Shown here: positions 24,928 through 39,764 of the stretch, piece by piece
Layout: the number at the start of each line of letters is the position of its first letter
Numbering within the stretch: position 1 is the first letter of the stretch
Source: Octopus vulgaris
Taxonomy: Eukaryota
Length of the DNA stretch: 64,000 nucleotides
Reading direction: 5' to 3'
Assembly (NCBI GenBank): GCA_951406725.2
Contig: OX597835.1
Coordinates: 23,994,001 to 24,058,000 of the forward strand
Translations under genes and position numbers: made by a program
Notes under the pieces: generated by a model
Told to the model about the DNA's origin: nothing
The model's input: only the letters and a program-made list of their open reading frames with translations
Databases searched by the model: none

Positions 24928-25752
24928 TATATATAAATGAATGAATGGAGTTAAATGCAGGTGTTATTCAAATTCTTTTACTTCCGACACATGTTTTTAA
25001 GATATCATTGGTTTTATTCCAAAGGAATAAAATGGTGTAAAACAATGTAATCTTCTATTCAGGTTTGTGAAGAAATAAAACTCATCAATAAGACATTTTA
25101 ACAGAATATGATGGATATGTAATGTGATGAACTGAACGCCATTAAGTTTTTTTTTAAAAAACGTTAGAGGGTATAATGTCAAAGGTAGCCTATAGAAAGA
25201 GGAGGGGTAAAGGAAAGAAAAGAGTTAATTGACATAAACTTAATTCTCTTGGAATTGACTTTCTGAACTATTTTTTGTTCTTTTTTCTAAAACTCCCCTT
25301 ATAAACACGGTTATAGAGAGTGCTTACATTGGCAGAAACACACCTTCAGTTCATATATGTGATATCTATCATTATATATAATTTAAACATTGATTTTCTT
25401 CTTAAATTTCATTTTCACTAGATATATCTTTTTCCAAGACTTTAGGGTTTTATTTAATTTGCCTATCGTTCTATACTTCTCATTTATTTGGTTTCTGATT
25501 TTTTTCTTTCCTTTACCCCGCCCCCCTCTTTCAACAAGCTACTTTTGACGTTATATCCTCTAACGTTTTTTTTTTTTTTAACCATCATATTCTGTTAAAA
25601 TGTCTTATTGACGAGTTTTATTTCTTCACTTCCCTGAAGAGAAGATTACATTGTTTTACACCATTTTATTCCTTTGGAATAAAACCAATGATATCTTCGA
25701 AACATGTGTCGGAAGTAAAAGAATTTGAATAACACCTGTGTTTAACTCCATG

Positions 25753-25760
<8 letters not shown>
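24928..25760. mobile_element. Foldback element, ~260-290-bp inverted arms, in TA repeat
   Basis: 24928-25222 is the reverse complement of 25500-25760 (e.g. gtgttattcaaattcttttacttccgacacatg). Confidence 0.8.
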
Positions 25761-25828
<68 letters not shown>

Positions 25829-25854
25829 CATATACACACACACATATATATTTA

Positions 25855-26190
25855 CTCTTGTACTCATCTTAGCCATGTGGATATGGTGTTTCTGGAGCAC
25901 CACTATGGTCCTTCTGATTTCCTCAATCTGGGGTGTTTCACATCACCACTCTTTCATTTGCCTTTGTCTCTGCTGTTGCTCCATTTGGTGTATAAGAGAG
26001 TTTGACTCTGCTGCCCTTGTCTGCACTTCATGTCAGGCTGTTGATTCATCCGGTATTGTGGAGAGGAAGACGTCTAGTTCCTTTGTGCAGACATCTACTT
26101 CCACCTTATGCAGATTTCTTAATTTTTGTGGAAGGGCATTGAAGAGCTGTGGGCCTTTAAACCATAGACTATTGCAGTACCTAGTCTTCA
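25855..26190 (-). mobile_element. CR1-like LINE 3' end
   Basis: KTRYCNSLWFKGPQLFNALPQKLRNLHKVEVDVCTKELDVFLSTIPDE (FN.LP...FK..LD motif). Confidence 0.7.
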
Positions 26191-26227
<37 letters not shown>

Positions 26228-26463
26228 TATTAGAAAAAAACCACCTTTTATCAATTCAAAATGAATAATTAAATTACACCATCTAGAAAATTACATATAA
26301 TAGAAAAGTTAAAATAGAAATAACAATTAAAAAGTAAAGATTAAATAAATTACAAAAAAGTTAGACATGGCCTGGGCCAATACTGGCCAAAACCTTTCTA
26401 AGTTATTCTAAGTTATATTTGTAAGTTTGGATTTTATTCCCTCAAATAATAATTATATATATA

Positions 26464-26868
26464 GGCGCAGGAGTGGCTGTGTGGTAAGTAGCTTGCTAAC
26501 CAACCACATCGTTCCGGGTTCAGTCCCACTGCGTGGCATCTTGGGCAAGTGTCTTCTGCTATAGCCCCGGGCCGACCAATGCCTTGTGAGTGGATTTGGT
26601 AGACGGAAACTGAAAGAAGCCTGTCGTATATATGTATATATATGTATGTGTATGTGTTTGTGTGTCTGTGTTTGTTCCCCTAGCATTGCTTGACAACCGA
26701 TGCTGGTGTGTTTACGTCCCTGTAACTTAGCGGTTCGGCAAAAAGAGACCGATAGAATAAGTACTGGGCTTACAAAAGAACAAGTCCCGGGGTCGAGTTG
26801 CTCGACTAAAGGCGGTGCTCCAGCATGGCCGCAGTCAAATGACTGAAACAAGTAAAAGAGAGTAAAGA

Positions 26869-26870
<2 letters not shown>
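26464..26870 (+). mobile_element. SINE-A, full length
   Basis: ggcgcaggagtggctgtgtgg...gtaaaagagagt. Confidence 0.92.
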
Positions 26871-26916
<46 letters not shown>

Positions 26917-27150
26917 AGATATAGATAGATAGATATGACAGGCCTCTTTCAGTTTCCATCTATCAAATCCACTCACAAGGCTTCAGTCAGTCAGAGGCTA
27001 TAGTAGGAAATACTTGCTCAAGGTGCCACACAGTGGGACTCACTTCAGAGAGTGTATTGGGTGCTTTTTATGTCGTATTGTCATATATACACACATATAC
27101 ATACATATACTACATCGTCGACGTCATTGTCGTGATCCTCATCCTCATCG

Positions 27151-27186
<36 letters not shown>

Positions 27187-27753
27187 CCATCATTTAACCA
27201 TAATGATGATGATGATGATGATGATGTAATATACTTTCTTGTAGTTTAATTTTAAAGTTAATGTTTAATCCTGCCTCTATTTAGATTGGATACTGTTGTA
27301 CAACACTTGTTTTAGTACTGTTGATACTGCCGGATTGAATGGTACTGCCCAGGCGTTGAAACCATAACGATATCCGTGGGGCAGCTGATGATGGATGGAT
27401 GGTGGATTGTTGGTGTGACTGTTTTTGTATATGTGGAATAGTGTTATAACACATCCTTTTGATATATATATATATATGGATGTATGTATGTATATATGTT
27501 AATACCACATAAAAAGCACTCAATATATGCTCTGAAGTGGCTGGTGTTAGAAAGGCATCCAGCAATGGATGCCATGCCAAAGCATAGACAGCGGGGCTTG
27601 CCACAGTCTACTGACTTGCCAGTTCCTGTCGAACCATCCAACCATTCAAGCAAGGAAACGGATATTAGATGATGATGATATGGAATGACTTTTGACATGT
27701 CTATTAATCAACCTTCTTCATTTTTATCTGTCTATCAATATATGTATGCGTAT

Positions 27754-27803
<50 letters not shown>

Positions 27804-27861
27804 GTACATATATACAGAGAAATATATATATATATGTCCATACATATACATACCTACATAC

Positions 27862-27915
<54 letters not shown>

Positions 27916-28706
27916 CCATACATTATACATATATGTAATTACAATATGTATGCGTGTATATACGTGTGTATGTATATATATAAGTGCCAGCATGGACAAC
28001 AGACGTTAAATAATGATAAAGATAATATAATATATATATACATATGTGTGTGTATATATATATATACACATACACACACATATATATACATGTGTGTGTT
28101 GTGTGTATGTATATTTATGCATGTACATATATGTATATATAAATGTATATACACACATGCATACACAAACACACACACACACACACACACACACGCATAC
28201 ATAGAAAGGGAAAAATAAAGAGTTGTTTGGCTGTTTAACTGTGTTAATAGAAATACTAAACAGAATTGGTAAATCGACTATTTTATAGTCATTGCTATTG
28301 ATCAGCTGTAATAGCAGCAGTGTCACACTCACACATCATCATAACAGACCAAATATAGCAGGACAACCCACGTCACACATTACAGCTATGACATTGTGCA
28401 GTGCTCTTGCACCCCCGCCGCTCCTGCCCAACACCACGGCATACATGTGCACAGTTATACTACAGCAACATACCACCACCACCACCACCACTGTCACCAC
28501 CACCACCACCACCACCACCACTGTCACCACCACCACCACCACCATCACTCTTCTCTCATATGACAGTAGGATCAATACATGTTTGCAACACATGAACTGG
28601 CATATAATTTGTGAGTGTTTATGTAAGTATATGTGTGTGTGTGTGATTTATATATATATGTATGTATATATACATACATGCATGTGTATATATGTATGTG
28701 TGTATA

Positions 28707-28742
<36 letters not shown>

Positions 28743-28870
28743 AATCTATCTATATATATCTATCTATCTATATATCTATCTATCTATGTATACTCTCTCT
28801 CTCTCATGTTATCTATCTATCTATCTATCTATCTATATATGTAATTACGTAATTTATGTAATCATATATA

Positions 28871-28917
<47 letters not shown>

Positions 28918-28924
28918 TATGTGC

Positions 28925-28985
<61 letters not shown>

Positions 28986-29429
28986 AATACACACACATAT
29001 ATATGCATACTCACACACACACATTCACACAAACTATGACTCTCAAAGCACTAAAATAGAAGCACATAAATGGAAATTGATCCAAGAGAAACAACTCAGG
29101 ATGGTGCATGGCATGTAATTGGACAAGAAAGATGAAGAATGGTCTGTTAAATAATGTGCAGCCATACATTGTCGATTTATTGCAATTATATCAATTTTCA
29201 CATTCTGTGAAACAATCACCTGGTGTCAATTGTGAATAGCTCCAAATGAGAAGGGGAGATAATCCTGAGGAACAAAGTTCTTGAGAAAAGACATACTGTC
29301 AAGAAAAAGATGGTATAATTGTCATCGTCTGGAGACAAGAAAACATCTCTGTACATGTTTCTGCCTCTGTAGGCATTATCAGCACAGCAGTTATCCTACT
29401 TTATCTCTTAGAATATACACGATTATATA

Positions 29430-29810
29430 TCATCATCATCATCATCATCATTTAGTGTCTGCTTTCCATGCCGGCATGGGTTAGATGGTTTGATCGGAAC
29501 TGATAAGTTGGGGAGCTGCACCAAGTTCCAGTCTGATTTGGCATGGTTTCTTTGGCTGGATGCCCTTCCTAATACCAACCACTCCAAGAGTGTAATGACA
29601 GCATCTTAAGGTTTGTCTTCACCTCTTTGGTCCACGTTTCCCTTCATCTCACCCTTCCACAGATTCCATTTGCTTTGGTGTGTGACCCTTCTTTATAGAG
29701 CTGTCGTCCTCCATATGAGTCATGTACCCAGACCAGTGCAGCCATCTCACTTCTTGCGTGTTGCATCTGATTCCTCTCATGTTTAGTTTTTCTATCGGCT
29801 CATTAATATA
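29430..29810 (-). mobile_element. RTE LINE ORF C-terminus and 3' tail remnant
   Basis: EKLNMRGIRCNTQEVRWLHWSGYMTHMEDDSSIKK; tail catgccggcatggaaagc(gat)n. Confidence 0.65.
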
Positions 29811-30424
29811 TGCCACACCATTGCTTGTGCATGTGTATATGTGTTTGTGTGTGTATGTATGCCTCTGTGTGTGTGTAGTGTGCATGTGTGTGTGTGTGAA
29901 AGCACGTGGCCCAGTGGTTAGTCATGTTGCCCTCATGATTGTGAGACTGTGGTTTTGATTCCCAGCCTGAGTGTATGTTGTGTCCTTGATAAAAACACTT
30001 CATTTCACATTGTTCCAGTCCACTCAACTGTAAAAGGTCCACCCTCTGACAGAATAGCCTTCCAATCAGGGGCAATGTTGGCCTGCTCATCCAGCCAGTC
30101 GGATAGCAAAGTGCACTGTGATCAGCAATGTATAACAACAGCCAATGGTCTGGTCAATACCATGATCACAGGATATATAGCATAACTTTTATTTCTCTCG
30201 GTCATTAGACTCTGGCCATGCCGGGGCACTGCCTTCAAGTATTTGTAGTCAAATAAATTGACTCCTGTACTTATTTTTTTAAAGTCTGACTCTTATCTAT
30301 CTCTTTTGCTGAACCACTAAGCTATGGGGATGTAAACACACCAACACCGGTTGTCAAGTGGTAATGACACATACACACACACACACACACATATATATAG
30401 ACACACACATGTATATATGAATGG

Positions 30425-31140
30425 GAGAGAGTAAGTTTAGATGTGATGCAGTTTGGGTTTCTGCCAGGGAGAAGCACTGATGCTATATTTCTAAGACAGC
30501 TGCAGGAGAAGCTCCTAGCCAAAGATAAACCTTTGTACTTGGCTTTTGTTGACATGGAGAAACCCTTTGACAGGGTCCCCCGATCTCTTATCTGGTGGTC
30601 AATGCAGAAACTTGAAATCGATGAGTGGTTGGTGAGGGCTGTGCAAACCATGTACCAGGATGCTGTCAGTAAGGTGAGGTTTGGCAATGAGTATAGCCAA
30701 GAATTCCGGGTTGAAGTAGGGGTTCACCAAGGATCAGTCCTCAGCTCCCTCTTTTTCATCATAGTCCTCCAGGCAATAACAAAGGAATTTAAGACAGGCT
30801 ACTCCTGGGAGCTCCTCTGTGCTGATGACCTTGCTCTAATAGCTGAGTCACTACCAGAATTAGAGAAGTTTCAATTGTGGAAGCAAGGTCTAGAATGGAA
30901 GGGCCTTAGAATCAATCTAGCAAAATCCAAAGTCTTAGTAAGTAGGAAAGCAGACAAAGTACAAATCCCTTCAGGTAGATGGCCCTACTCAATCTGTAGG
31001 AAAGGCATAGGTAGAAACTCCATAAGATGTATCCAGTGTAGGCTATGGACACATAAGAGGTGCTGCAATATCGAAGGAAGGTTAACTGGGAAGATGGCTT
31101 TTGTGTGTGGCAGATGCAATAAACACCGAAAACGTACAGA
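30425..31140 (+). mobile_element. RTE-clade LINE reverse transcriptase fragment
   Basis: QFGFLPGRST, FVDMEKPFDRVP, GVHQGSVLS, ELLCADDLAL, followed by Cys-rich CRKGIGRNSIRCIQCRLWTHKRC. Confidence 0.92.
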
Positions 31141-31300
31141 AAACAGATTCCATCTCATGCCAGAAGGCAGCCGTAGAAGAAAGTTGATATGTAACGCAAG
31201 ATCTCATTAAATTGTACATATCTTACGATGAAATGTGTCTGATATATATCAGAAGATGCATACGAGCGGTGTATTAATTTTCGCCGTAACACTCTCAGTG

Positions 31301-31402
<102 letters not shown>

Positions 31403-31817
31403 TTTTCAGATTTATAAGAGCAAAAAAGAAAGTCAATACTTCACGCCAGAATACGCCTGAGACTCATTCATACCAATGGATTCGATCTCGGGTTACCTAC
31501 TTAATTTCAGACTGAGAAAGACCGTTTGCTTTCGCTTCATCATCCCACGAATTCTCTCCAAGTCGTCCATCTTTTTCCTTCAGATTATCAATCTAATACT
31601 TGAAAACAACGCAAAGTTATTTCTCAAGGGAGGTTACTCTCAACTATATTACAGTTACGTCCCTTGTATCATCCTTCAGTGGAAAATTCTTACTTTTCCT
31701 TATTTGTTTATCTGTTTATTTATCTATTTATTTATTTATTTATTTATTTATTTCAAAACCGAAATCGTTCTTGTTTTCTTCTTCTTCTTCTATTATTTTG
31801 TCTGCGACAGCAGTGTT

Positions 31818-32425
31818 CGAGCTGGCAGAATCGTTAGAACGCTGGACGAAATGTTTAGCGGTACTTCGCGCGTCGATACGTTCCGAGTGCAAATTCCGCC
31901 GAGGTTGACTTTGCCTTTTATCCTTTCGGCATTGAAAAACAAGTGTCAGTTAAGCACTGGGGTCGGTGTAATTGATCATCCCCTCCCTAGAATTTGCTAG
32001 CCTTGTGCCAAAATTTGGAACCAATATTAACAGAAGATAAGGCGGCGAGCTGGCAGAAACGTTAGCACGCCGGGCGAAATGCTTAAGGGTATTTCGTCTG
32101 CCGTTAGGTTCTGAGTTCAAATTCAGCCGAGGTCGACTTTGTCTTTCATCCTTTCGGGGTCGATAAATTAAGTACCAGTTACGCACTGGGGTCGCTGTAA
32201 TCGACTTCATCCATTTGTCTGTCCTTGTTTCTCCCCTTGTGGGTAATAAAGAAACAGGTATGTCGCCTGCCCGCTACGTTCTGAGTTCAAATTCCGCTGC
32301 GGTCAGCTTTATCTTTCTTCCTTTCAGAGTCCGCAAAATATGTACTAGTTGAGTACTGGATGTCGCTGTAATCGGCTTACCACCTTCTCTTGAAATTGCT
32401 GGCCTTGTGCCAAATTTGGAACTTG
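31818..32425 (+). mobile_element. SINE-B cluster including a dimer
   Basis: Head ggcggcgagctggcag at 32041; junction aaagaaacag|gtatgtcg at ~32257. Confidence 0.85.
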
Positions 32426-32522
32426 TTGACAGAAATAAAAACGGCAAACAGGTGGAATCGTCAACACATCGATCAAAATGCTTTGTGGCATTTTTCTTTT
32501 TCTTTTCTCTTTTTTTTTCGCT

Positions 32523-32745
32523 TACTCTTTACTCTTTTACACTTTTACTTGTTTCAGTCATTTGACTGCGGCCATGCTGGAGCACCGCCTTTTAGTCGAG
32601 CAAATCGCTCCCAGGACTTATTCTTTGGAAGCCTAGTACTATTCTCTTTTGCCGAACCGCTAAGTTACGGAGACGTAAACACACCAGCATCGGTTATCAA
32701 GCGATGTTGGGGGGGGGGACAAACACAGACACACAAACGCATACA

Positions 32746-32841
<96 letters not shown>

Positions 32842-33000
32842 TACGACGAGCTTCTTTCAGTTTCCGTCTACCAAATCCACTCACAAGGCTTTGGACGGCC
32901 CGAGGCTATAGTAGAAGACACTTGCCCAAGGTGCCACGCAGTGGGAATGAACCCGGAACCATGTGGTTGATAAGCAAGCTACTTACCACACAGCCACTTC
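32523..33000 (-). mobile_element. SINE-A
   Basis: Reverse copy with expanded CA/TA hinge. Confidence 0.88.
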
Positions 33001-33139
33001 TTCACCTTCTGAGTTCAAATTCCGCCAAGGGTCGGTTTTGCTTTCATTCTTTCAGGGTCGATAAAATACGGGGTCGATGCAATCGACTAACCTGCTTCCC
33101 CTTAAAATTACTGGTGCAGTGCCAAAATTTGAAACCATT

Positions 33140-33430
33140 GTTCACGGGAATTTCAAAGCCAAGAAAATCATTAGCACTTTCACGCAAAACATGTTGCCTT
33201 TTTGAAATATCTTCTTTTCCAGACATCCTTCATGTAACTGGTTGTTAGTTCTTCCCACGAATAATAATGAATGTTTCCAACTGCATGCTTACTATTGAAA
33301 TTCTTCCAGAATTCTTCAAGTGTAATTACATCTCCAGACCGAAGAACATTAACAGCTTTTGTAAAAGTTCTAATTAAAATAAGTCTGAAACGAAGAATTT
33401 GGCGTTTCCTATCATAAACTTTTTACCATT
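33140..33430 (-). mobile_element. pogo/Tigger (TIGD1-like) transposase remnant
   Basis: RTFTKAVNVLRSGDVITLEEFWKNFNSKHAVGNIHYYSWEELTTSYMKDVWK and NDFLGF match the TL.EFWK.YNI..A..NI..SWEE....M.GVWK...DF.GF pattern. Confidence 0.7.
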
Positions 33431-33648
33431 TAGTTAAATACCTCGAGAATCAATAATTATCAGTCAGGAATCAATCAGTTGCAGTTTTATTTATTGATTA
33501 TTATGTTCGATTAGAGTAGTTTTGATTGTTGCCGTAATATAAATTGGGTTAAATAACTGCATTAATCAAGCCGTGTGTGTATGTACGTGTGCATGTGTAT
33601 GTGTGTATGCGTGTACACGTGTGTTTGTGTGTATGTGTGTGCGTGTGT

Positions 33649-33717
<69 letters not shown>

Positions 33718-33889
33718 TGTGTATGCATGCACATGCGTGAATGACTGTGTGCATGTGTGTGTGTGTGTGTGTGTGTGATCTTTAAGTCAGGAAGAAAGGT
33801 AGTGTTCACGACCCTTTGCAGGGCCTCCGAATCTGGTGAGGAGAAAGACAGGTACCCCAAAATCTACGACCTGGTCCCAGTGCCCGCAG

Positions 33890-34330
33890 CACTTTTACCT
33901 GTTTCTGTCATTAGACTGCGGCCATTTAAGTCGAATGTATTTTTTTGAAGCCCAGTACTAATTCTATTGGCTTTTTTGCCGAACAGCTAAGTTACGGGGA
34001 CATAAACACACTAGCACCGGTTGTCAAGCGGTCTGTGGGTAACAAACACAGGCACAAAGACACGCACACACAAACACGCACACATACACAAACACGCACA
34101 CATACACAAACACATACATACATACATACATACATACATACATACATACATACATACATACATACGATGGGCTTCTATCAGTTTCCATCTACCAAATCCG
34201 CTCACAATAGCGGATTTGATACTACAACCCGAAGCTATAGTAGAAGACACTTGCCCAAGGTGCCACGCAGTGGGACTGATCCCTGACCATGTGGTTGGGA
34301 AGCAAACTTCTTACCACACAGCCGCTCTTG
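33890..34330 (-). mobile_element. SINE-A
   Basis: Reverse copy. Confidence 0.8.
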
Positions 34331-34399
34331 TACGTGGTTATTTTACATACATTGACAATATACTTACCGACTCTCAATTTCTTACATATGATTCTACTC

Positions 34400-34830
34400 A
34401 AGAAAGGTTCGGCAGCAAGTTTAGTCTTTAATGACGAGCCAAAGGGAAACTCTGATTAAGATGGAAAGTCGTCAGATGATGAGGTATTCACTGGCCAAGT
34501 TTAAACACTTTTCCTCGTTCGTAAAGATGTTTTTATCATTCAACTGTTTCGCTAATCTCCTCCTCCATTCGTAATGTGAAATTCTTAGCCTACACTAAAT
34601 GTTTATGTAGAAAGAAAGATGAATCCTCTTTAGACTCAGCATGCAATATCAAATCGGTTGTGCACGTGGCATAGCTTACATGAGCAGTGCCGAATCAAAC
34701 AATGGAGAGATAATTTAGGTATGAATGAGGGCCAGTTCAAACAAAGACTTTATAACCATGTCATTTTCAAACATCAAGACATGGAAAACTACAGTATTTG
34801 TAGGACATATATAGTCTTTGAAAGACAGGA
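34400..34830 (+). mobile_element. Degenerate Penelope-like element (GIY-YIG region, hammerhead relic)
   Basis: CLCRKKDE..LD.ACNIKSVV...LGMNEGQFKQRLYNH; upstream tctttaaTGACGAgccaaaggGAAActctgattaaga. Confidence 0.6.
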
Positions 34831-35216
34831 AGATCGACTATGACAACAAAGAAGTGAAAATTTTGTCCAGCAGAGGGGACACAAATTCTATAAAGTTTAT
34901 AAACCTCAAATGGATGCCTCACCTCAAAAAACTGAAATATGTACAAGATGTCCGCACCTAGACACATACATTTTAGTCAACTGGAAAATCTAACCTCTGG
35001 ACCTTAAACAATTCCATGGAACCGCCTTTCTATGAAAGACTCTATTTTGATCGTTCCTTTCTTTTCCTTTTATTTCTTTAACACCTCTTTTTCTATTTTG
35101 TCTTTTCTGTTGTATTCTACTACGCTTTCTATTTATGACTTTGAACAAGCATGTCTTTGCTCATCCGTTAACACTGACTTAGCACAGACTTTATATAAAT
35201 TCTGAGTTTAGGTTTA

Positions 35217-35433
35217 CGAGGGAGTGTTGCAAAGTTCCTGGCTTTAAGAGTATCGCGAAAGGCCTGGTTGGAGGCCAAATCTTCTGAGTTCTTTTACAGG
35301 GCTTAGAAAAACTGAAGGACCGCTGAAATAAGTGTGTGAATCTGATGAGGGAGCATGTTGAATAAAATCATAATTAACTGATCCCCCTGTATTTTCTTTC
35401 ACCCAAAGCCAGGAACTTTTCAGCACCCCCTCA
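35217..35433 (+). mobile_element. mariner-derived MITE
   Basis: TA flanks; TIRs cgagggagtgttgcaaagttcctggcttt / aaagccaggaacttttcagcaccccctca; internal GLEKLKDR*NKCVNL..EHVE transposase tail. Confidence 0.85.
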
Positions 35434-35747
35434 TATATCTATATTTATCTGTGTATGTGTGTGTCTTTATGTCTGTGTTTGTGCCCCTACACACCCACCG
35501 TATAGACCTAAACTTTTATGGACGTGTGGCTATTCTATTAACATATAAACGATATTCTCTTTCATACACACTTTTATTACTCAACACTTTGCTTTTAATG
35601 TTTGATCAATAAGAGAGTGAATCTAGCGAAGTAATTTCCAGATTTACTGTTTATTCATTTTCCTCCTTTTGTCATGAAATGGGCTTAATGTAATTTTTTT
35701 TTCTCGTGTTTCCATCCCCAGCGAGATTATATTGGTAGCCATTTTGA

Positions 35748-35833
<86 letters not shown>

Positions 35834-35834
<1 letters not shown>

Positions 35835-36320
35835 GAGTGAGAGAGCAGTTCATGCCATCAAAGTGACACTGGGGTAAAATATACGAAGCCCAATATACCC
35901 ATCATGACTACCCGTCTGAGAAGGGTACACCAGGCACATGCATCACAACCATATGTGCGCGACATGGTGATCTCATATCAAGATAAACAGCACATGACCT
36001 TGCAGGTGGGGCCCAGTTAGAATTTTCTTCAGGTTGAGTAGCCCATCCCGCTCAAAAGGTCCCTGAATAAGGGTTGTTTAAGGATGTTGAAAGAACCACC
36101 CATGTTTCCAGAGGTGAATTATTCAAACCCCAAAGAATCCCTCTCAACACATGGCTATGATGCTCCCCCACTACTTCTGCTCGTGATCAGAGATGCACAT
36201 ATCGTCAGCCACTAAGGGACATGCTCAACTGGTTAAGGTCAAACAACTGACAAGCAAATCTGTGGTATTGAGCAGAATATTTGCTGTAGGCCATCTTTTA
36301 TACCAAGACAAAACAATGTA

Positions 36321-36322
<2 letters not shown>
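35834..36322 (-). mobile_element. ~550-bp (AAT)n-associated element, 5'-truncated copy
   Basis: Reverse complement of 9818-10308. Confidence 0.8.
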
Positions 36323-36356
<34 letters not shown>

Positions 36357-36392
36357 CATTATTATTATTATTATTATTATTACTATTATTAT

Positions 36393-37091
<699 letters not shown>

Positions 37092-37379
37092 TCAAGATTG
37101 AAGTTACACTGTACGAAGGTAAAGAAACAATACGAAGAACGCGGCTGGTGTTGGTAATAAATAGAGATTGACTCCGTGTGTTTTTTACAAGTTCAAAATC
37201 TAAAATGAAATGAAATTCAAAGATAGGAAACGCTGGAACATTCAAAATTAAACCGGAACAAGAGCACCGAGAGAGCGCAAGTCTCCGCCAACGTCCTCTC
37301 AAAGATTAGGCAGAGATATTTTTAAATTGAGAATATCTGAAATAAACTCGACTGCTCTCACAAACAAGAATTCTAAAAA

Positions 37380-37570
37380 TGAACCCGATCATTGAAAACA
37401 ATACCAGTAATTATTGGTGCGCTGGGTATGATAAAAAAAAATGAACAAAAATGTAGAAACTATACTTGGATCCTCAACACTACACACTGTCCAATAATTA
37501 ACCCTGCTAATTAGTCCAATAATTAGCCCTGTTGGGAGCGGCCCACATCCTACGCAAGACACTTTTTAGA
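37380..37570 (+). mobile_element. Degenerate R4/Dong-like LINE 3' end
   Basis: IPVIIGALGMIKK ... LLGAAHILRKTL. Confidence 0.65.
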
Positions 37571-37571
37571 A

Positions 37572-37949
37572 GCACTCCATCGGTTACGACGACGAGGGTT
37601 CCGGTTGATCCGAATCAACGGAACAGCCTGCTCGTGAAATTAACGTGTAAGTGGATGAGCACTCCACAGACACGTGTACCCTTAACGTAGTTCCCGGGGA
37701 TAGTCAGCGTGACACAGAGAGTGACAAGGCCGGCCCCTTGAAATACAGGTACAACAGAAACAGGAAGTAAGAGTGAGAGAAAGTTGTGGTGAAAGAGTAC
37801 AGCAGGGATCACCACCATCCCCTGCCGGAGCCTCGTGGAGCTTTAGGTGTTTTCGCTCAATAAACACTCACAACGCCCGGTCTGTGAATCGAAACTGCGA
37901 TCCTATGACCGCGAGTCCGCTGCCCTAACTACTGGGCCATTGCGCCTCC
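37572..37949 (-). mobile_element. SINE-C
   Basis: Reverse copy of 17532-17910. Confidence 0.88.
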
Positions 37950-38029
37950 ACACGCTAGACACTATCAATTCAATAAAACGACCTAAACAAAAAAATCCTC
38001 AAACACAGATACACTCTATGCAGCAAATA

Positions 38030-38124
38030 TGTGGAACCTTGGGCAAGTGTCTTCTACTATAGCCTCGGGCCGACCAAAGCCTTGTGAGTGGATTTGGTAG
38101 ACGGAAACTGAAAGAAGACCGTTC

Positions 38125-38161
<37 letters not shown>

Positions 38162-38390
38162 GTATGTATGCATGTGCGTATATATTTGTGTGTCTGTGTT
38201 TGTTCCCCCAACATCGCTTGACAACCGATGCCGGTGTGTTTACGTCCCCGTAACTTAGCGGTTCGGTGAAAGAGACCGATAGAATAAGTACTAGGCTTAA
38301 AAAGAATAAGCCTTGGGGTCGATTTGCTCGACTAAAAGGCGGTGCTCCAGCATGGCCCCAGTCAAATGACTGAAGCGAGTAAAAGAGTAC
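38030..38390 (+). mobile_element. SINE-A, 5'-truncated
   Basis: ccttgggcaagtgtcttctactatagcc...gtaaaagagt. Confidence 0.85.
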
Positions 38391-38399
38391 CACCAGCAA

Positions 38400-38870
38400 C
38401 TGTCATGCCACTCTTTTCAAAAGTGTTGCGTGACAGTTATCGACATATTTAAGAAAAATATCCTCGTTTCCGACAAATATTTCCTCTTTCATCAATTGTA
38501 GCCTTTAAACGTGATAGAAATAGCGAAATATTGACCAGTACCTCTAATAAAAACTCCATTGGAGTTTCTGAACGCTTCCCCCTCAAAAAAACACCCATAA
38601 GAGAGGTTTACCAGTTCGTTGTGCAATAACATGAGTCAGATCAATTCTATCAAGAATTATAACAGAAATGTTATGATTTACACAGAAGGATGGACCTGTA
38701 TGGATTCCTATTTGGTGTATGCAGCGGAATGCACCGAACACAAAATGATTTATGTTGATTGCACAACAGAACGTTTACAAAAAAGATTTAACGGACAGGG
38801 GTACGACGTCCGGCACAATAACTGGTTCCACGGAACTTGCGGAGCATTTCACATCAAACAGGTGTAAGTT
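38400..38870 (+). mobile_element. Penelope-like GIY-YIG endonuclease remnant
   Basis: QIFPLSSIVAFKRDRN...CMDSYLVYAAECTEHKMIYVDCTTERLQKRFNG...TELAEHF. Confidence 0.7.
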
Positions 38871-39152
38871 TGAGGAAGACCCGAAGGTACACATTTTCAA
38901 AAAATGCACTTCCCTGCACTTTTAGTTCTCAAAACCCGTAAGGAAAGGTATATTTGTGGACTGCTGACATTTCAACCCTGAGGAATTAATAAAATGGCAG
39001 GTGAATTCCACCATATTTACTCTAAGCTTTTTGACTGAATAATTTTTTCCCCCAATTTTTTTCTTTCTTTTCGTTTTTTCTTTCCTTCCTTCTGCTACCT
39101 TTTGTGAAAGACCGAAGACTGATGACGTCCTTTTACATGGAAAGAAGCGCAA

Positions 39153-39325
39153 TTATTACCTCCGCCATAGCGAAGGCGGGGGTATTGTTTTCAGTTGTGT
39201 TGGTTTGTTTATCCGTGGACAAGATATCTCAAGAACCGTGGGATGGATTCGCATGAAACTTTCAGAGATGTTTGGCCTCGTGACTGGCACGAACTGATTA
39301 GATTTTGGGATCGATCCGGTACCCG
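39153..39325 (+). mobile_element. Helentron-associated (HINE/DINE-1-like) element 5' part
   Basis: TTATTACCTCCGCC-atagcgaa-GGCGGGGGTA subTIR/IR hairpin, GTYT-rich block, ggattcgcatgaaactt. Confidence 0.7.
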
Positions 39326-39520
39326 ACATACAGACATACATACATCTCTCTCTCGCTCTCTCTGTGCCGAAATTGCAAAGATAATCTGAAACTCGACTGA
39401 GGAAAGAAAACTCCGAATGACCCGTCCTTGTTTTCTTTGTATTGTCTACCTGGATGTTTTGTTGTCCCTTTTTTTTCGTATCACCTAACTGTCTGGATGT
39501 TTCGCGTTCTTGCCCCATTT

Positions 39521-39575
<55 letters not shown>

Positions 39576-39679
39576 TTTTTCATTGCTTGTTTCAGTCATT
39601 TGGCTGCGGCCATGCTGGAGCACCACCTTTAATCGAGCAAATCGACCCCAGGACTTCTTCTTTGTATGCCTAACATTCT

Positions 39680-39764
<85 letters not shown>

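Noticed and set aside
33293-33384. Perfect-looking 92-nt minus-strand exon (ttcag|...|gtaagc)
   Set aside because: The frame reads through the donor and matches pogo/Tigger transposase motifs, so it is a TE remnant
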